A stretch of DNA of 51,806 bases, from the sequence record SRR20825006_2477; one strand, given 5' to 3'. Shown piece after piece: positions 8,980-18,504 of this stretch. The position numbers and the translations under genes were made by a program. Numbering within the stretch: the first letter of the stretch is position 1; every line of letters starts with the position of its first letter. The notes below the pieces were generated by a model. It was not told the origin of the DNA. It saw nothing but the letters and a program-made list of their open reading frames with translations, and did no database searches.

Positions 8980-9870
8980 TTATTCAATAAAATCAGTGAT
9001 GACTTTTTTGATATCTGCCGAAGTAGCATCAGGCTCTAGTGCAAACATCACACTGTAAAGCCGTTGACCATCTACTTTGTCTTTTAGTTTAAGACGGTCA
9101 TTTGATGCAAAAACAGCATCCCATTCTTTTCTAACTTTTGCCCATAAAGCTTCGTTTTCTTTCCACCAAGCTTGAGCTGCAGCACAGCGCTCATCGGCAA
9201 CTTGCTCGTAAATATTATAACCTTTCTCTTCGGCTATAATGCGATCGTCAGCATCTTCGGCGTGTAATACTTTTTTATTATCCTGCTCGTGAAGCCACCC
9301 GTAATCTGTAATCGCCACTTGATTATTGCGCTCCATAATGTTATAATCTCTTCTTTTAGTGTACTCTCTACGCGGTAAAGGCGCCGGCGTGGTGTTTTGC
9401 CATACTTTTTTTCCATCTACGTGAACCCAAGTGGCAGAACCCGAATACCGCGGACTGTCATCAACTTGATACACTTTTTGTGCCCATTGACCTTTAACGT
9501 CGCTAGCATCTTTTTTTACTATATCCCAAGTATTATTAGCGTCGTAGAAGAATAGATCCTGATCTTCAAATGTCCAGTCTTGACGCCAGTGCTTAATAAC
9601 CATGGTGTCTTGAATAACAAGTAAATGTTGGATGGAAATCTTGTTTTCTGCATCCTCAACAAGTTGTCCCCACTCTAAAGCAGAAGCAGTATAATCGTCG
9701 TGCTTCTCATAATTTCCGTCAGGTGAAAAGGTTTCGGCATATTTGAAGGTTACTTCATAACAGCCACACATATCTTTAATGGCTTGACGGTCAAGATCTT
9801 TTTTTGATTGCGCTTGGGCCGAAAAGGTGCTTAAAATAAGGCCGGCACTAAAAAGTAAAATAGGCTTCAT
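8980..9870 (-). CDS. Exported protein of unknown function (DUF6607-like)
   Basis: Signal peptide (AQA-Q); motifs MCGCYEVTF.YAETF, KHWRQDW, YQVDDSPRY, PLPRREY, GWLHEQDN recognised from memory of this family. Confidence 0.7.
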   Translation of the reverse strand: MKPILLFSAGLILSTFSAQAQSKKDLDRQAIKDMCGCYEVTFKYAETFSPDGNYEKHDDYTASALEWGQLVEDAENKISIQHLLVIQDTMVIKHWRQDWTFEDQDLFFYDANNTWDIVKKDASDVKGQWAQKVYQVDDSPRYSGSATWVHVDGKKVWQNTTPAPLPRREYTKRRDYNIMERNNQVAITDYGWLHEQDNKKVLHAEDADDRIIAEEKGYNIYEQVADERCAAAQAWWKENEALWAKVRKEWDAVFASNDRLKLKDKVDGQRLYSVMFALEPDATSADIKKVITDFIE

Positions 9871-9895
9871 ATAGTTTATCAGTTTTTAAGAAATT

Positions 9896-9903
9896 CAAAA
9901 TTA
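9896..9903 (-). promoter_or_regulatory. -7 promoter element for the DUF6607-like gene
   Basis: TAATTTTG on the minus strand, 26 nt upstream of the ATG. Confidence 0.5.
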
Positions 9904-9913
9904 ATCATTTTTA

Positions 9914-9936
9914 TTATTTAGATTAAATAAAAATAA
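9914..9936. promoter_or_regulatory. Putative iron-repressor (Fur-like) box 2
   Basis: TTATTTAGA-TTAAA-TAAAAATAA between two divergent -7 elements. Confidence 0.6.
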
Positions 9937-9940
9937 AATA

Positions 9941-9948
9941 TATATTTG
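9941..9948 (+). promoter_or_regulatory. -7 promoter element for the hmuR-like receptor
   Basis: TATATTTG matches TAnnTTTG, ~20 nt before ATG 9968. Confidence 0.6.
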
Positions 9949-9967
9949 CTGCGGAAAATAATTAAGA

Positions 9968-12046
9968 ATGATTCTAAACAGCAAATGTATATTATGCTTC
10001 ATCGTGGGGGTGCTCGGCGTTTATCACGGTCAGGCACAAACTTCGGTACCCGTAGAAAAGCAAACCGATTCGCTGGAAGAAGTCTTAATTACAGCAACCC
10101 GAACGCAACGACAATTGAGTTCGCTCCCCTTGCCGGCTCAAATTATTTCTAAAGAAACCATTGCTCAATCGGGATCAGTGCGCTTATCTGATATTCTTGC
10201 AGAGCAAACCGGGTTAATTACCGTTCCTGATTATGGAGGGGGCGAGGGCATTCAAATTCAAGGTTTAGATTCTCAATATATTTTGATACTTATTGATGGC
10301 GTTCCTTTGGTTGGGCGTTCGGCAGGGACACTTGACCTTAGTCGAATCACCGTAGGTAACATTAAACAAATTGAAGTGGTTAAAGGTGCATCATCAAGCC
10401 TTTACGGAAGCGATGCTTTAGGTGGTGTGATCAATATAATTACAGAAAGTCCGCAAAAGCCTTTTCAGTCAGCGATCAACTATCGAGGTGGCAGTCTTAA
10501 CAGTCACGACCTTAGTTTAAACCCGGGTGTAAAAGAAGAGCGGTTGGCCTTGAGCTTATTCGCAAATAGATACAGTTCTGATGGTTATGATCTTGATGAA
10601 TCCACTTCCTTACAAACTGTAGAACCGTTTACTAATTATACCGCACAGGTTAAAGGAAAATATGACTTTTCTGAAGCTACTTCGTTGTTGCTCTCTAGCA
10701 GATTTTATACACAAAATCAGGAGTATAGGGCTTCTGAAATTCTTTCCGGTGAAAGTGATATCACAGAGTGGAATGGTCAAGTGTTATTTTCTCAGCAGTT
10801 TACAGATAAGATCACTTCGACTTTAGAATTATATGGAACCAACTACCATACAGAATCCTATTTACAAGATGAGGAAGGTGCAGAAAACTCCCGAAGCTTT
10901 TATGATCAAACCTTATTGCGTCCAGAACTACGCACGGTTTACGCGCTTAATGATAAACACAATTTTATAGGCGGAATAGGATATACGTATGAGTCATTAG
11001 AGCGTACGGACTTCAGTCAAGATCCGGTGTTTAAAGCGCCTTACGTGTATGTGCAATACGATACCCACCTGCTGAATAATCTAAATATAATTGCCGGTGC
11101 CAGATATGATATGCACAATGTATATAGGTCCCAACTGAGTCCTAAGCTAGCTGCTCGATATAAAGTGGATAACAGCTTGGCGTTTAAAGCTTCGGTGGGT
11201 AGCGGTTTTAAAGCACCCGCATTCAGACAACTTTATTTTGACTTTACAAATGCTACGGTAGGATATACGGTTCTGGGTTATGAAGCCGTACCTACCGCAA
11301 TTGCCGAAATGCAAGCCAGAGGAGAACTAGCAAATATAATTGTGCCGGTATCTGAATTTGATGATAGCCTAAAACCCGAAACTTCAGTAAATATAAATCT
11401 GGGTGTTGATTATAAATTTTCTAAACTACTCACTACTAGCCTAAACCTGTTTAGAAATAACTTGAACAACCTTATCGACACCCGGATTATTGCTACAAAA
11501 ACCAATGGTCAAAGCGTTTTTAGCTACGTGAATGTCAACGAGTCTTTTACGCAAGGCTTAGAATTTAGCTATACCTATAATCCTTTTAAAAACATCAGGT
11601 TTTCCGGTGGCTATCAATTGTTATTTGCAAAAGATAAAGAGGCTGTCGAAGCTTTTGAAGCCGGTACGGTTTACGGAAGAACTTCGGCGAATGCTTCGGC
11701 TTTTGTGCTGGATAAAAAGGATTATTTCGGTTTATATAATCGCTCTAGACATACTGCAAATTTTAAAGTGTTTTACAACCTTCCGCAGTATAAAGCAGAT
11801 GTAAATATGCGTGCGACCTACCGCAGTAAATACGGTTTGAGTGATACCAACGGTAATGGCTATCTCGACAACTATGACACTTTTGTTGACGGCTATGCGA
11901 TCGTAGATTTTGCAGTAAACAAAGCGCTTTACAAAAATATTTCGCTGGGAGCAGGCATTGACAACCTTTTAAATTTTACCGATACGCAGAATGTTACCAA
12001 TATTCCCGGTCGGCTTTATTTCGCAAAATTAAACTTAACACTGTAA
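9968..12046 (+). CDS. TonB-dependent receptor, HmuR-like (probable heme uptake)
   Basis: TonB-box-like LEEVLITATRT, plug IEVVKGASSSLYGSDALGGVINIIT, GFKAP and LKPETS barrel motifs; followed by an HmuY gene. Confidence 0.88.
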   Translation: MILNSKCILCFIVGVLGVYHGQAQTSVPVEKQTDSLEEVLITATRTQRQLSSLPLPAQIISKETIAQSGSVRLSDILAEQTGLITVPDYGGGEGIQIQGLDSQYILILIDGVPLVGRSAGTLDLSRITVGNIKQIEVVKGASSSLYGSDALGGVINIITESPQKPFQSAINYRGGSLNSHDLSLNPGVKEERLALSLFANRYSSDGYDLDESTSLQTVEPFTNYTAQVKGKYDFSEATSLLLSSRFYTQNQEYRASEILSGESDITEWNGQVLFSQQFTDKITSTLELYGTNYHTESYLQDEEGAENSRSFYDQTLLRPELRTVYALNDKHNFIGGIGYTYESLERTDFSQDPVFKAPYVYVQYDTHLLNNLNIIAGARYDMHNVYRSQLSPKLAARYKVDNSLAFKASVGSGFKAPAFRQLYFDFTNATVGYTVLGYEAVPTAIAEMQARGELANIIVPVSEFDDSLKPETSVNINLGVDYKFSKLLTTSLNLFRNNLNNLIDTRIIATKTNGQSVFSYVNVNESFTQGLEFSYTYNPFKNIRFSGGYQLLFAKDKEAVEAFEAGTVYGRTSANASAFVLDKKDYFGLYNRSRHTANFKVFYNLPQYKADVNMRATYRSKYGLSDTNGNGYLDNYDTFVDGYAIVDFAVNKALYKNISLGAGIDNLLNFTDTQNVTNIPGRLYFAKLNLTL

Positions 12047-12052
12047 TACAAA

Positions 12053-12682
12053 ATGATGAACATGTTTAAAACTTTAGCAGCAATTGCTTTAATCCTTGGC
12101 TTTGTAAGCTGTAGTAATGATGATGATGCAACACCTTTACTTGAAGTAGAGACTGAAACGGTAGCCAATTTACACGCACCTCAATCTGGTGGACAGGGCC
12201 AACCGGTTTCTGGAGCTTTTACCCGATTTGATTTTGAAACGGGAGCAGAAACGACTAGTGAGACTGATTGGGACGTTGCCTTTAGAGGAACGACGATCAT
12301 TGTTAACGGCGGGGAGTCGCAAGGTACTACTGATGAACCTGAACGTACAGGTGACGCAGCAGTTTATATTGCAGACGGAACAATGAGTACGGTAACTGAT
12401 GTAGATGCTAGCTTATTCACTCAAGATAGTGCTTCGGGCTTTGCGATCGCAACAGGTAGCGGTAACGGATGGTATAATTACACCGGAGCTCCTTCACACT
12501 TGATCAATCCAATTCCGGGGAAAATTTTAGTTTTTAGAACCACAGCCGGACTCTACGCAAAAGTTGAAATTATCAGTTATTATGAGAACGCACCGGCAGA
12601 GCCAGACGCATTTTCAGATGCAACGCCTTACTACACGTTTAACTATGTGTATCAACCCAATGCAGGTGTTACGACCTTCTAA
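12053..12682 (+). CDS. hmuY: HmuY family heme-binding lipoprotein
   Basis: Lipobox FVSC-SNDDD; HmuY signatures WDVAF, GWYNY, RT..G.YAK.EI.SYY, YTFNY.YQ. Confidence 0.85.
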   Translation: MMNMFKTLAAIALILGFVSCSNDDDATPLLEVETETVANLHAPQSGGQGQPVSGAFTRFDFETGAETTSETDWDVAFRGTTIIVNGGESQGTTDEPERTGDAAVYIADGTMSTVTDVDASLFTQDSASGFAIATGSGNGWYNYTGAPSHLINPIPGKILVFRTTAGLYAKVEIISYYENAPAEPDAFSDATPYYTFNYVYQPNAGVTTF

Positions 12683-12719
12683 TTTGATTTAGTAAACAGT
12701 AAATTAATTGTTATCGGGG

Positions 12720-12746
12720 AAAAGCCTGCCTAGTGCAGGCTTTTTT
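12720..12746. terminator. Bidirectional terminator between hmuY and AraC copy 2
   Basis: AAAAGCCTGC-ctagt-GCAGGCTTTTTT. Confidence 0.85.
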
Positions 12747-12807
12747 AATGCCGTAAATATCCAATGAACTTAATACGCTTTCAAGGCGCAATAGATTTTA
12801 GTTGCGG

Positions 12808-13785
12808 CTATGCATTTTGCTGTATGAGTACCTGCTTGGGCGTTTGACCGTAGTATTTTTTAAAGGTTGCTATAAAGTGAGGTACGCTCTTATACCCGGT
12901 AGATTCGGCGATCTCATTGACTGATTTTGATTTCAGTAACGAATAAGCTTTTTGCATGCGTAAGTCAATCACAAACTTTTTTATCGTGGTGCCGTAAAGC
13001 TTTTTAAATCCGCTTTTTAGGTGTACTTCGTTGATCAATACAATTCGGGAAAGCTTTTTTATAGTAGGCGGATTCTTATAGTTGACCGTAAGGTAGGCTT
13101 TTGCTTTTTCGATCTTTTCTTTACTGTGTTCACTTAGATTTGCTTGCTCTTTAGATGGATTTTCTACACTAATATTAAACACGTGTAGCAGCAATTCTTT
13201 TATTTTAAGTTGAATGAATTCAAGCTGAATGTGGTGCTCCCACTTGCATTCCAATATTTCGCTAATGATCTGGTTCATCTGAAATCCTAACGGAAAACTA
13301 TAAGTGCCTAAGGGAATGCGTTTGCTGGTTTTGATCGCAGTGTAAAAGGGATCTCGTGCCACCCAGGATTCATTTTGCAGTAATTCAAGATACTTTGTAC
13401 GTGAAATAAGAAGGCAGATGTATCGTGTTTTTGATTGTGGCATCCGTACGCGTTCATTGATCTTTTTACTGTACGAAAAATGAACTTGTCCCAACTCTAG
13501 ATTTCGATCCTTTTCGAGGTTTTCGCGCACAGATTCCCCACGTACCACACAGCTGATCATTATAAAATCTCCTGATACACTAAACTTGTCAACCGTGGGC
13601 TTTATAAAATCAAAGCGGGTATCTATGATACAAAAATCGCGAGAAAGTTTTAACGATGCTTTGGCGCTTGCGGTATGCTTCGGTTGCGTTTCAATAGACT
13701 TTTCAAGCAGCTCACCTTCAGACAGCTTTGATAAGTTTTCTTCATACAGAAGGTCATCTTCGTTAAGTATAGACTGAATTTTCAT
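12808..13785 (-). CDS. AraC-family transcriptional regulator (module 2)
   Basis: C-terminal double HTH (LKSGFKKLYGTTI...GYKSVPHFIATFKKYYG); paralog of 1877-2857 (shared LL.NE.W, LK.KELLL.V, PTI...SR.V..NE). Confidence 0.9.
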   Translation of the reverse strand: MKIQSILNEDDLLYEENLSKLSEGELLEKSIETQPKHTASAKASLKLSRDFCIIDTRFDFIKPTVDKFSVSGDFIMISCVVRGESVRENLEKDRNLELGQVHFSYSKKINERVRMPQSKTRYICLLISRTKYLELLQNESWVARDPFYTAIKTSKRIPLGTYSFPLGFQMNQIISEILECKWEHHIQLEFIQLKIKELLLHVFNISVENPSKEQANLSEHSKEKIEKAKAYLTVNYKNPPTIKKLSRIVLINEVHLKSGFKKLYGTTIKKFVIDLRMQKAYSLLKSKSVNEIAESTGYKSVPHFIATFKKYYGQTPKQVLIQQNA

Positions 13786-13788
13786 ATA

Positions 13789-13811
13789 CGTTTACCGCTA
13801 CTTTTATTTCC
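13789..13811. promoter_or_regulatory. Conserved 23-bp motif, putative AraC operator (copy 2)
   Basis: CGTTTACCGCTACTTTTATTTCC; 19/23 identical to 2863-2885. Confidence 0.55.
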
Positions 13812-13843
13812 AAAACCGTATAAAGCCCCTTGAAGTCAGACGT

Positions 13844-13851
13844 TAGCTTTG
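13844..13851 (+). promoter_or_regulatory. -7 promoter element for receptor 2
   Basis: TAGCTTTG matches TAnnTTTG. Confidence 0.6.
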
Positions 13852-13857
13852 CAATTG

Positions 13858-13880
13858 TTATTTGGACTTAGTTTAAATAA
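13858..13880. promoter_or_regulatory. Putative iron-repressor (Fur-like) box 3
   Basis: TTATTTGGA-CTTAG-TTTAAATAA just downstream of the -7 element. Confidence 0.6.
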
Positions 13881-13911
13881 TGGTAATAACGAAGATACAT
13901 TATAACTAAAG

Positions 13912-16266
13912 GTGAAGCAATTTTATTTTTTTAGCATCCTTCTGCTGTCAAGTGTTTGGGCATTTGGGCAAAGCACAAAAGCAACGTTAAAGGGCCACGT
14001 GTCCAATACTACTGGAGAGAAGCTACCGGAAACTTACATTTATATAAAAGGGACAACTACCTACACGATGGCCGATGCCAACGGAGATTACCGTTTGCGT
14101 ATCGCGCCGGGAACCTATGAGCTTACAGTGAGTTTGATGGGATATTTAGACCAGACGCAAAACATTACCCTAAGCGCTGCGGAAACCAAAACCTTAAACA
14201 TTCAGCTTGAAGAAGATCCTGAGATGACTTTAGATGATGTTTTGGTTAAGGGACGATCTGCCATACGTGATGTTCAGGAGTCTTCTTATAATGTGGTAGC
14301 TTTAGACGCAGAGCCTTTACACAATACCACACTAGATGTTTCTCAAGCCCTTGAGCGCGTGTCTGGAGTACGTGTGCGTAGAACCGGTGGTGTGGGATCT
14401 GACTATAATGTGATGCTGAATGGTTTCACCGGAAGACACGTAAAATTCTTTATTGACGGAATCCCGATGGAAGGCTTTAGTTCAGCATTTCAACTGAATA
14501 ATATTCCTATAAATCTTGCTAAGCGTATAGAAGTGTATAAAGGAGTTGTGCCCATTACTTTTGGGTCTGATGCTTTAGGTGGTGCGATCAATATTGTTAC
14601 CGAAAATGGGAAACAAAACTTTGTTGACGCTTCGTATTCCTTCGGAAGCTTTAATACTCATAAGTCGTTTGTAAACGCGGCATATACCGCAGACTCCGGA
14701 TTTACCGCGCGTTTGACGGCTTTTCAAAACTATTCTGATAACGATTATAAGGTGACCACAGAGATCGTTGACCTTGAAACTTCGCAGTTTACGGGAGATG
14801 TTCGCGAGGTACGCCGTTTTCACGATATGTATCGCAATTACACGGTAATGGCTAAAGTAGGGGTGGTCAATACGTCGTATGCAGACGAATTATTACTGGG
14901 CTTTACCTACGGGGACGAGTACGATGAGCAACAGCATCCGGCTTATATGAAAATAGCCTTTGGCCAGCGCTACGGAACTTCAGAAACTTTGATGCCTACC
15001 TTATCGTATAGAAAGCGCAATTTGTTTACTGAGAATTTAAACGTTTCGCTGACGGCTAATTATAATTTTGGGGAGAGTTCAAATATTGATGATTCTTACC
15101 GAAGATACAACTGGCTGGGCGAGTTTATTGAGACCGATGCTCCGGGAGAATTCAATTATGCTAAAACCTATTTCAGAAACCGAAATGGTTCGGCAAATGC
15201 CAATGTTACTTATACATTGGCCGAAAAACACGCGTTTACCGTAAATAATGTACTCAATCTTTTTTCAAGAAAAAGCAGAAACGAAGTAGAGCCTAGTGCT
15301 GCAGATGCTTATCCTAGCGAGACCATCAAGAATATTTTAGGAGTGGGATATAAATACCAGCCTACAGATGATTTGAGTATTTCGTCTTTTTATAAATACT
15401 ATTACAACAAGGTAAATCAATATGCAGACCCTACGGGTTCTGGGGAGTTTGAAAACCTAGGTGCTTCAACAGAAGATCACGGGTACGGCCTTGCCGCTTC
15501 GTATTTTTTATTAGAAAACCTTCAGCTTAAATCCTCTTACGAAAAAGCGTATCGCTTGCCTACGGGACGCGAACTCTTTGGCGCCGGTAATGATTTTGAA
15601 TTGGGAAATCCTGATTTAAAACCTGAAAGCAGTGACAACTTTAATTTTGGTGTAAACTACAACTGGCTGATTGCTAAAAATCATCAGTTTAATATTGATG
15701 CTAGTTTTATCTACCGTGATATTAAAGACTTTATTCGTCAAGTCCCTAACCCAACAAACGGCGTAATGCAGCCTGGCAATGAGGCTTCGGTAAAAAATAG
15801 AGGTGTAGATCTAGAAATGCGCTACAACTACGCCAGTTTATTTTCTTTAGGCGGAAGTTTTACCTATCAAAACCTTCGGAACAAATTAAAATATCGCGCC
15901 GGGAGAGATGTGGTGAGTACGATTTATAACGACCGCATCCCCAATATGCCTTACCTATACGGAAACGCAGATCTTACCTTTTACTTTAGCAAGCTATGGC
16001 AAGAGCAAGACCGCATGAATGTAAGCTATAACCTGCTTTACATTCACGAGTTTGACTACAGTTATGAAAGCTACGGCGGAATTAAAGTGCCAACACAAAT
16101 CGCACACGATCTGGCGGTAAACTACAGCCTTAAAAATGGTAAATACAACATCTCTTTAGAATGCCGAAATATTCTAAACGAAGACTTATACGACAATTTT
16201 AGCCTGCAAAAACCCGGAAGAAGCTTTGCGGTTAAGCTGAGATACTTTTTAGATAAATTCAATTAA
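13912..16266 (+). CDS. TonB-dependent receptor (XusA-like, module 2)
   Basis: Signal peptide, N-terminal extension, plug RIEVYKG...GGAINIVT, GNPDLKPE, LYDNFSLQKPGR; paralog of 2959-5355. Confidence 0.92.
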   Translation: MKQFYFFSILLLSSVWAFGQSTKATLKGHVSNTTGEKLPETYIYIKGTTTYTMADANGDYRLRIAPGTYELTVSLMGYLDQTQNITLSAAETKTLNIQLEEDPEMTLDDVLVKGRSAIRDVQESSYNVVALDAEPLHNTTLDVSQALERVSGVRVRRTGGVGSDYNVMLNGFTGRHVKFFIDGIPMEGFSSAFQLNNIPINLAKRIEVYKGVVPITFGSDALGGAINIVTENGKQNFVDASYSFGSFNTHKSFVNAAYTADSGFTARLTAFQNYSDNDYKVTTEIVDLETSQFTGDVREVRRFHDMYRNYTVMAKVGVVNTSYADELLLGFTYGDEYDEQQHPAYMKIAFGQRYGTSETLMPTLSYRKRNLFTENLNVSLTANYNFGESSNIDDSYRRYNWLGEFIETDAPGEFNYAKTYFRNRNGSANANVTYTLAEKHAFTVNNVLNLFSRKSRNEVEPSAADAYPSETIKNILGVGYKYQPTDDLSISSFYKYYYNKVNQYADPTGSGEFENLGASTEDHGYGLAASYFLLENLQLKSSYEKAYRLPTGRELFGAGNDFELGNPDLKPESSDNFNFGVNYNWLIAKNHQFNIDASFIYRDIKDFIRQVPNPTNGVMQPGNEASVKNRGVDLEMRYNYASLFSLGGSFTYQNLRNKLKYRAGRDVVSTIYNDRIPNMPYLYGNADLTFYFSKLWQEQDRMNVSYNLLYIHEFDYSYESYGGIKVPTQIAHDLAVNYSLKNGKYNISLECRNILNEDLYDNFSLQKPGRSFAVKLRYFLDKFN

Positions 16267-16278
16267 AACCAAATTTCT

Positions 16279-17538
16279 ATGAAATTCAACTTTAAACAAA
16301 CCAATAGATTTTCTTTAGCCGTGCTCGCGCTAATTAGCCTTGCTGCGTGTAGTGATGATGACACCGTGGTAGATGATGGGGGAGAAACGCCTGTAGAGAC
16401 CGGAGCACAATACCTGATCGCATCAACAGACAGTGAGAACTCTTATTTGAATACCACCAGCGATATTTCACAAGGATCAGTATCTCCTTTAGGTGGTACA
16501 GCAACTCAGGTGATTGGTACACCTTCTTGGTATTTTTATAATGATATTGCTGCGTATAGCTTTGTGTATAACCAAGGTGATCCCGGTACTACACAGTCTT
16601 TTGCGCTTAACAGTGCAGGAGAGGTAGAGGCACGAAATGAGATCAATCTTAATGTTTCTATTCAGAGTAGGGGAATTGTAGATAACCTGATGTATGTGCA
16701 GTATTCTTCTCGTAATTATGAGGAGCCGGTATCTACATTTTACACCATCAACGGCGACACTCAGGTTGTAAGCGGTCCTTATACCATTGATACCGAAGCT
16801 TTAGCCGGAAATGGCGAATATGCATATGTTACAGATGTTGCGCAATGGGGAGATTATGTTTTATTAGGCTTTAGACCTATCAAAGCAGGATCTGATGATG
16901 GCGACAGTGCATTTAATAGTGATTTTAATGATCATACCTATGTGGGAGTTTTCAATAAAGCTTTAGAACTTCAAACAGTGATCGAAGATGAAGGAAGAAC
17001 CGGTGCTGTTGCTGGTCAGTCAAGATCGCAAGGAGAAACAGGAGTAGAGCCTGTTGAAAATGGGGATGTGTATGTGTTCTCTTCGGCTATTGATGCTGAA
17101 GGTGAAGTGCCTTCTGGAGTTTTAAAAATTAACAACGGAACTTTAGCCTTTGATCAGGATTATTTCTTTGATATCACCGCAGCTTCGGGAGGTTATGCTG
17201 TATACCGCAGTTTTTATGTAGGCGAAAATACTTTTGTATTACAAATGTTCACAGAGCCAGGTTCAGGTACTGCAAGCTCAAGCGCTACGCGTAATAAGTT
17301 TGCCGTAGTGAATGTTGTAGATCAAACTTTTGAATGGGTGACCGGTATTCCTGAAGGAATCACTTCAATAGGTGCGCCTTACATTGACGAAGATAACAAC
17401 GAAGTAGCTTTTCCTATCGAAACAAACCTGTATCCAACAATCTTTATTGTCAATGCAGATACTGCAACAATGAGTGAAGGTACTGAAGTAGTTGCTGAAG
17501 GAATCAGCGCTATTGGTAAACTAACGCCACAAGAATAA
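16279..17538 (+). CDS. DUF4374-type surface lipoprotein (XusB-like, module 2)
   Basis: Lipobox LAAC-SDDD; EDEGRTG, GDVYVFS, PSGVLKI, FDQDYFFDI, FEWVTGIP. Confidence 0.78.
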   Translation: MKFNFKQTNRFSLAVLALISLAACSDDDTVVDDGGETPVETGAQYLIASTDSENSYLNTTSDISQGSVSPLGGTATQVIGTPSWYFYNDIAAYSFVYNQGDPGTTQSFALNSAGEVEARNEINLNVSIQSRGIVDNLMYVQYSSRNYEEPVSTFYTINGDTQVVSGPYTIDTEALAGNGEYAYVTDVAQWGDYVLLGFRPIKAGSDDGDSAFNSDFNDHTYVGVFNKALELQTVIEDEGRTGAVAGQSRSQGETGVEPVENGDVYVFSSAIDAEGEVPSGVLKINNGTLAFDQDYFFDITAASGGYAVYRSFYVGENTFVLQMFTEPGSGTASSSATRNKFAVVNVVDQTFEWVTGIPEGITSIGAPYIDEDNNEVAFPIETNLYPTIFIVNADTATMSEGTEVVAEGISAIGKLTPQE

Positions 17539-17565
17539 TACGTTAGTCGATTTTTAGTTTCATTC

Positions 17566-17604
17566 AGGGTCTCACTTTTAATTTTAATTGTGAGACCTTT
17601 TTTT
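17566..17604 (+). terminator. Intra-operon hairpin/terminator after DUF4374 gene (module 2)
   Basis: GGTCTCAC (17568-17575) / GTGAGACC (17590-17597) followed by T7. Confidence 0.65.
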
Positions 17605-17616
17605 AATACGAAAGTG

Positions 17617-18459
17617 ATGTGCAAATCAAAAATGGTCTTGTTCCTAGTTGGTTTTTTTATGTGTGCTTTAGGCTACAGTCAGCATCACACTGAAACCAAT
17701 AAACAGCAAATTTTTAGTAATTCTTTAAATCAAGAACGGGAACTGTGGATCAAGCTTCCTTTTAATTTTGACCCGGCGGAAGCTTATGAAGTTATGATCG
17801 TGTTAGATGCTGAAAAGTATTTTGAGCTAACAAACATGCTCGTAGACAACAGAACGCGCTACGGCAAATTAAACCCCACAATCCTAGTCGGAATTCCGAA
17901 TCCAAATATGGAGGAGCGCTCCCGCAATCTAACCTTCAGTAGGTCTTCAGTAGATCAAAAGGGAAAAGCAACAACACGCTATACAAACGAGAATTCAGGA
18001 AAAGCCGAAGCGTTTGCCGCATTTTTAAATGAGGAAGTATTAAGCTTTTTATCGCAAGAGTTTCGGGTGAAGCAGTTCGGGATCATTGGGCACTCGTTTG
18101 GAGGTTACTTTGCCTTGTATAACAGTACGCTTGAAGATAATATTTCAGAATATATTTTGATCGATCCTAGTTTGTGGTACAATAATGGCGAAGCACTTCG
18201 GCAAATCGAGACCCATATAGAGCGATTAAAAGAAAGAAACGAAATACATTTTTATCTCGCTCACGAAGATGGGATCAAAAACAACAGTACAAAAATGGGG
18301 AGTCTGGTGCGTATTTTTGACAATCATGATATCACATATACCAACTTTGTGTATCGTATTGAGAATCACGGTTCGGTAATTTTACCGGCATTGGTTGATA
18401 TTCTTAGAGATAAAGGCAAAAATATTCAGCGTACCCCTAGACATAAAATCAAAAAATAA
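17617..18459 (+). CDS. Exported alpha/beta-hydrolase, IroE/Fes-like esterase
   Basis: Signal peptide; nucleophile elbow GHSFGG, VLDA, DPSLW, C-terminal ENHGSV. Start set at ATG 17617 because the upstream GTG lies inside the hairpin. Confidence 0.8.
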   Translation: MCKSKMVLFLVGFFMCALGYSQHHTETNKQQIFSNSLNQERELWIKLPFNFDPAEAYEVMIVLDAEKYFELTNMLVDNRTRYGKLNPTILVGIPNPNMEERSRNLTFSRSSVDQKGKATTRYTNENSGKAEAFAAFLNEEVLSFLSQEFRVKQFGIIGHSFGGYFALYNSTLEDNISEYILIDPSLWYNNGEALRQIETHIERLKERNEIHFYLAHEDGIKNNSTKMGSLVRIFDNHDITYTNFVYRIENHGSVILPALVDILRDKGKNIQRTPRHKIKK

Positions 18460-18504
18460 TTAAATTTACCAACTATTTATAATTAATCTAAAAAAGAATA
18501 GATA

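Noticed and set aside
8863-12800. Similar short sequences TCAAG-AGC-ATAGATTTTA (8863-8880) and TCAAG-GCGCA-ATAGATTTTA (12781-12800) flanking the heme module
   Set aside because: Only 10 contiguous AT-rich identical bases, plausible by chance. Not enough to call a target-site duplication without a comparative genome.
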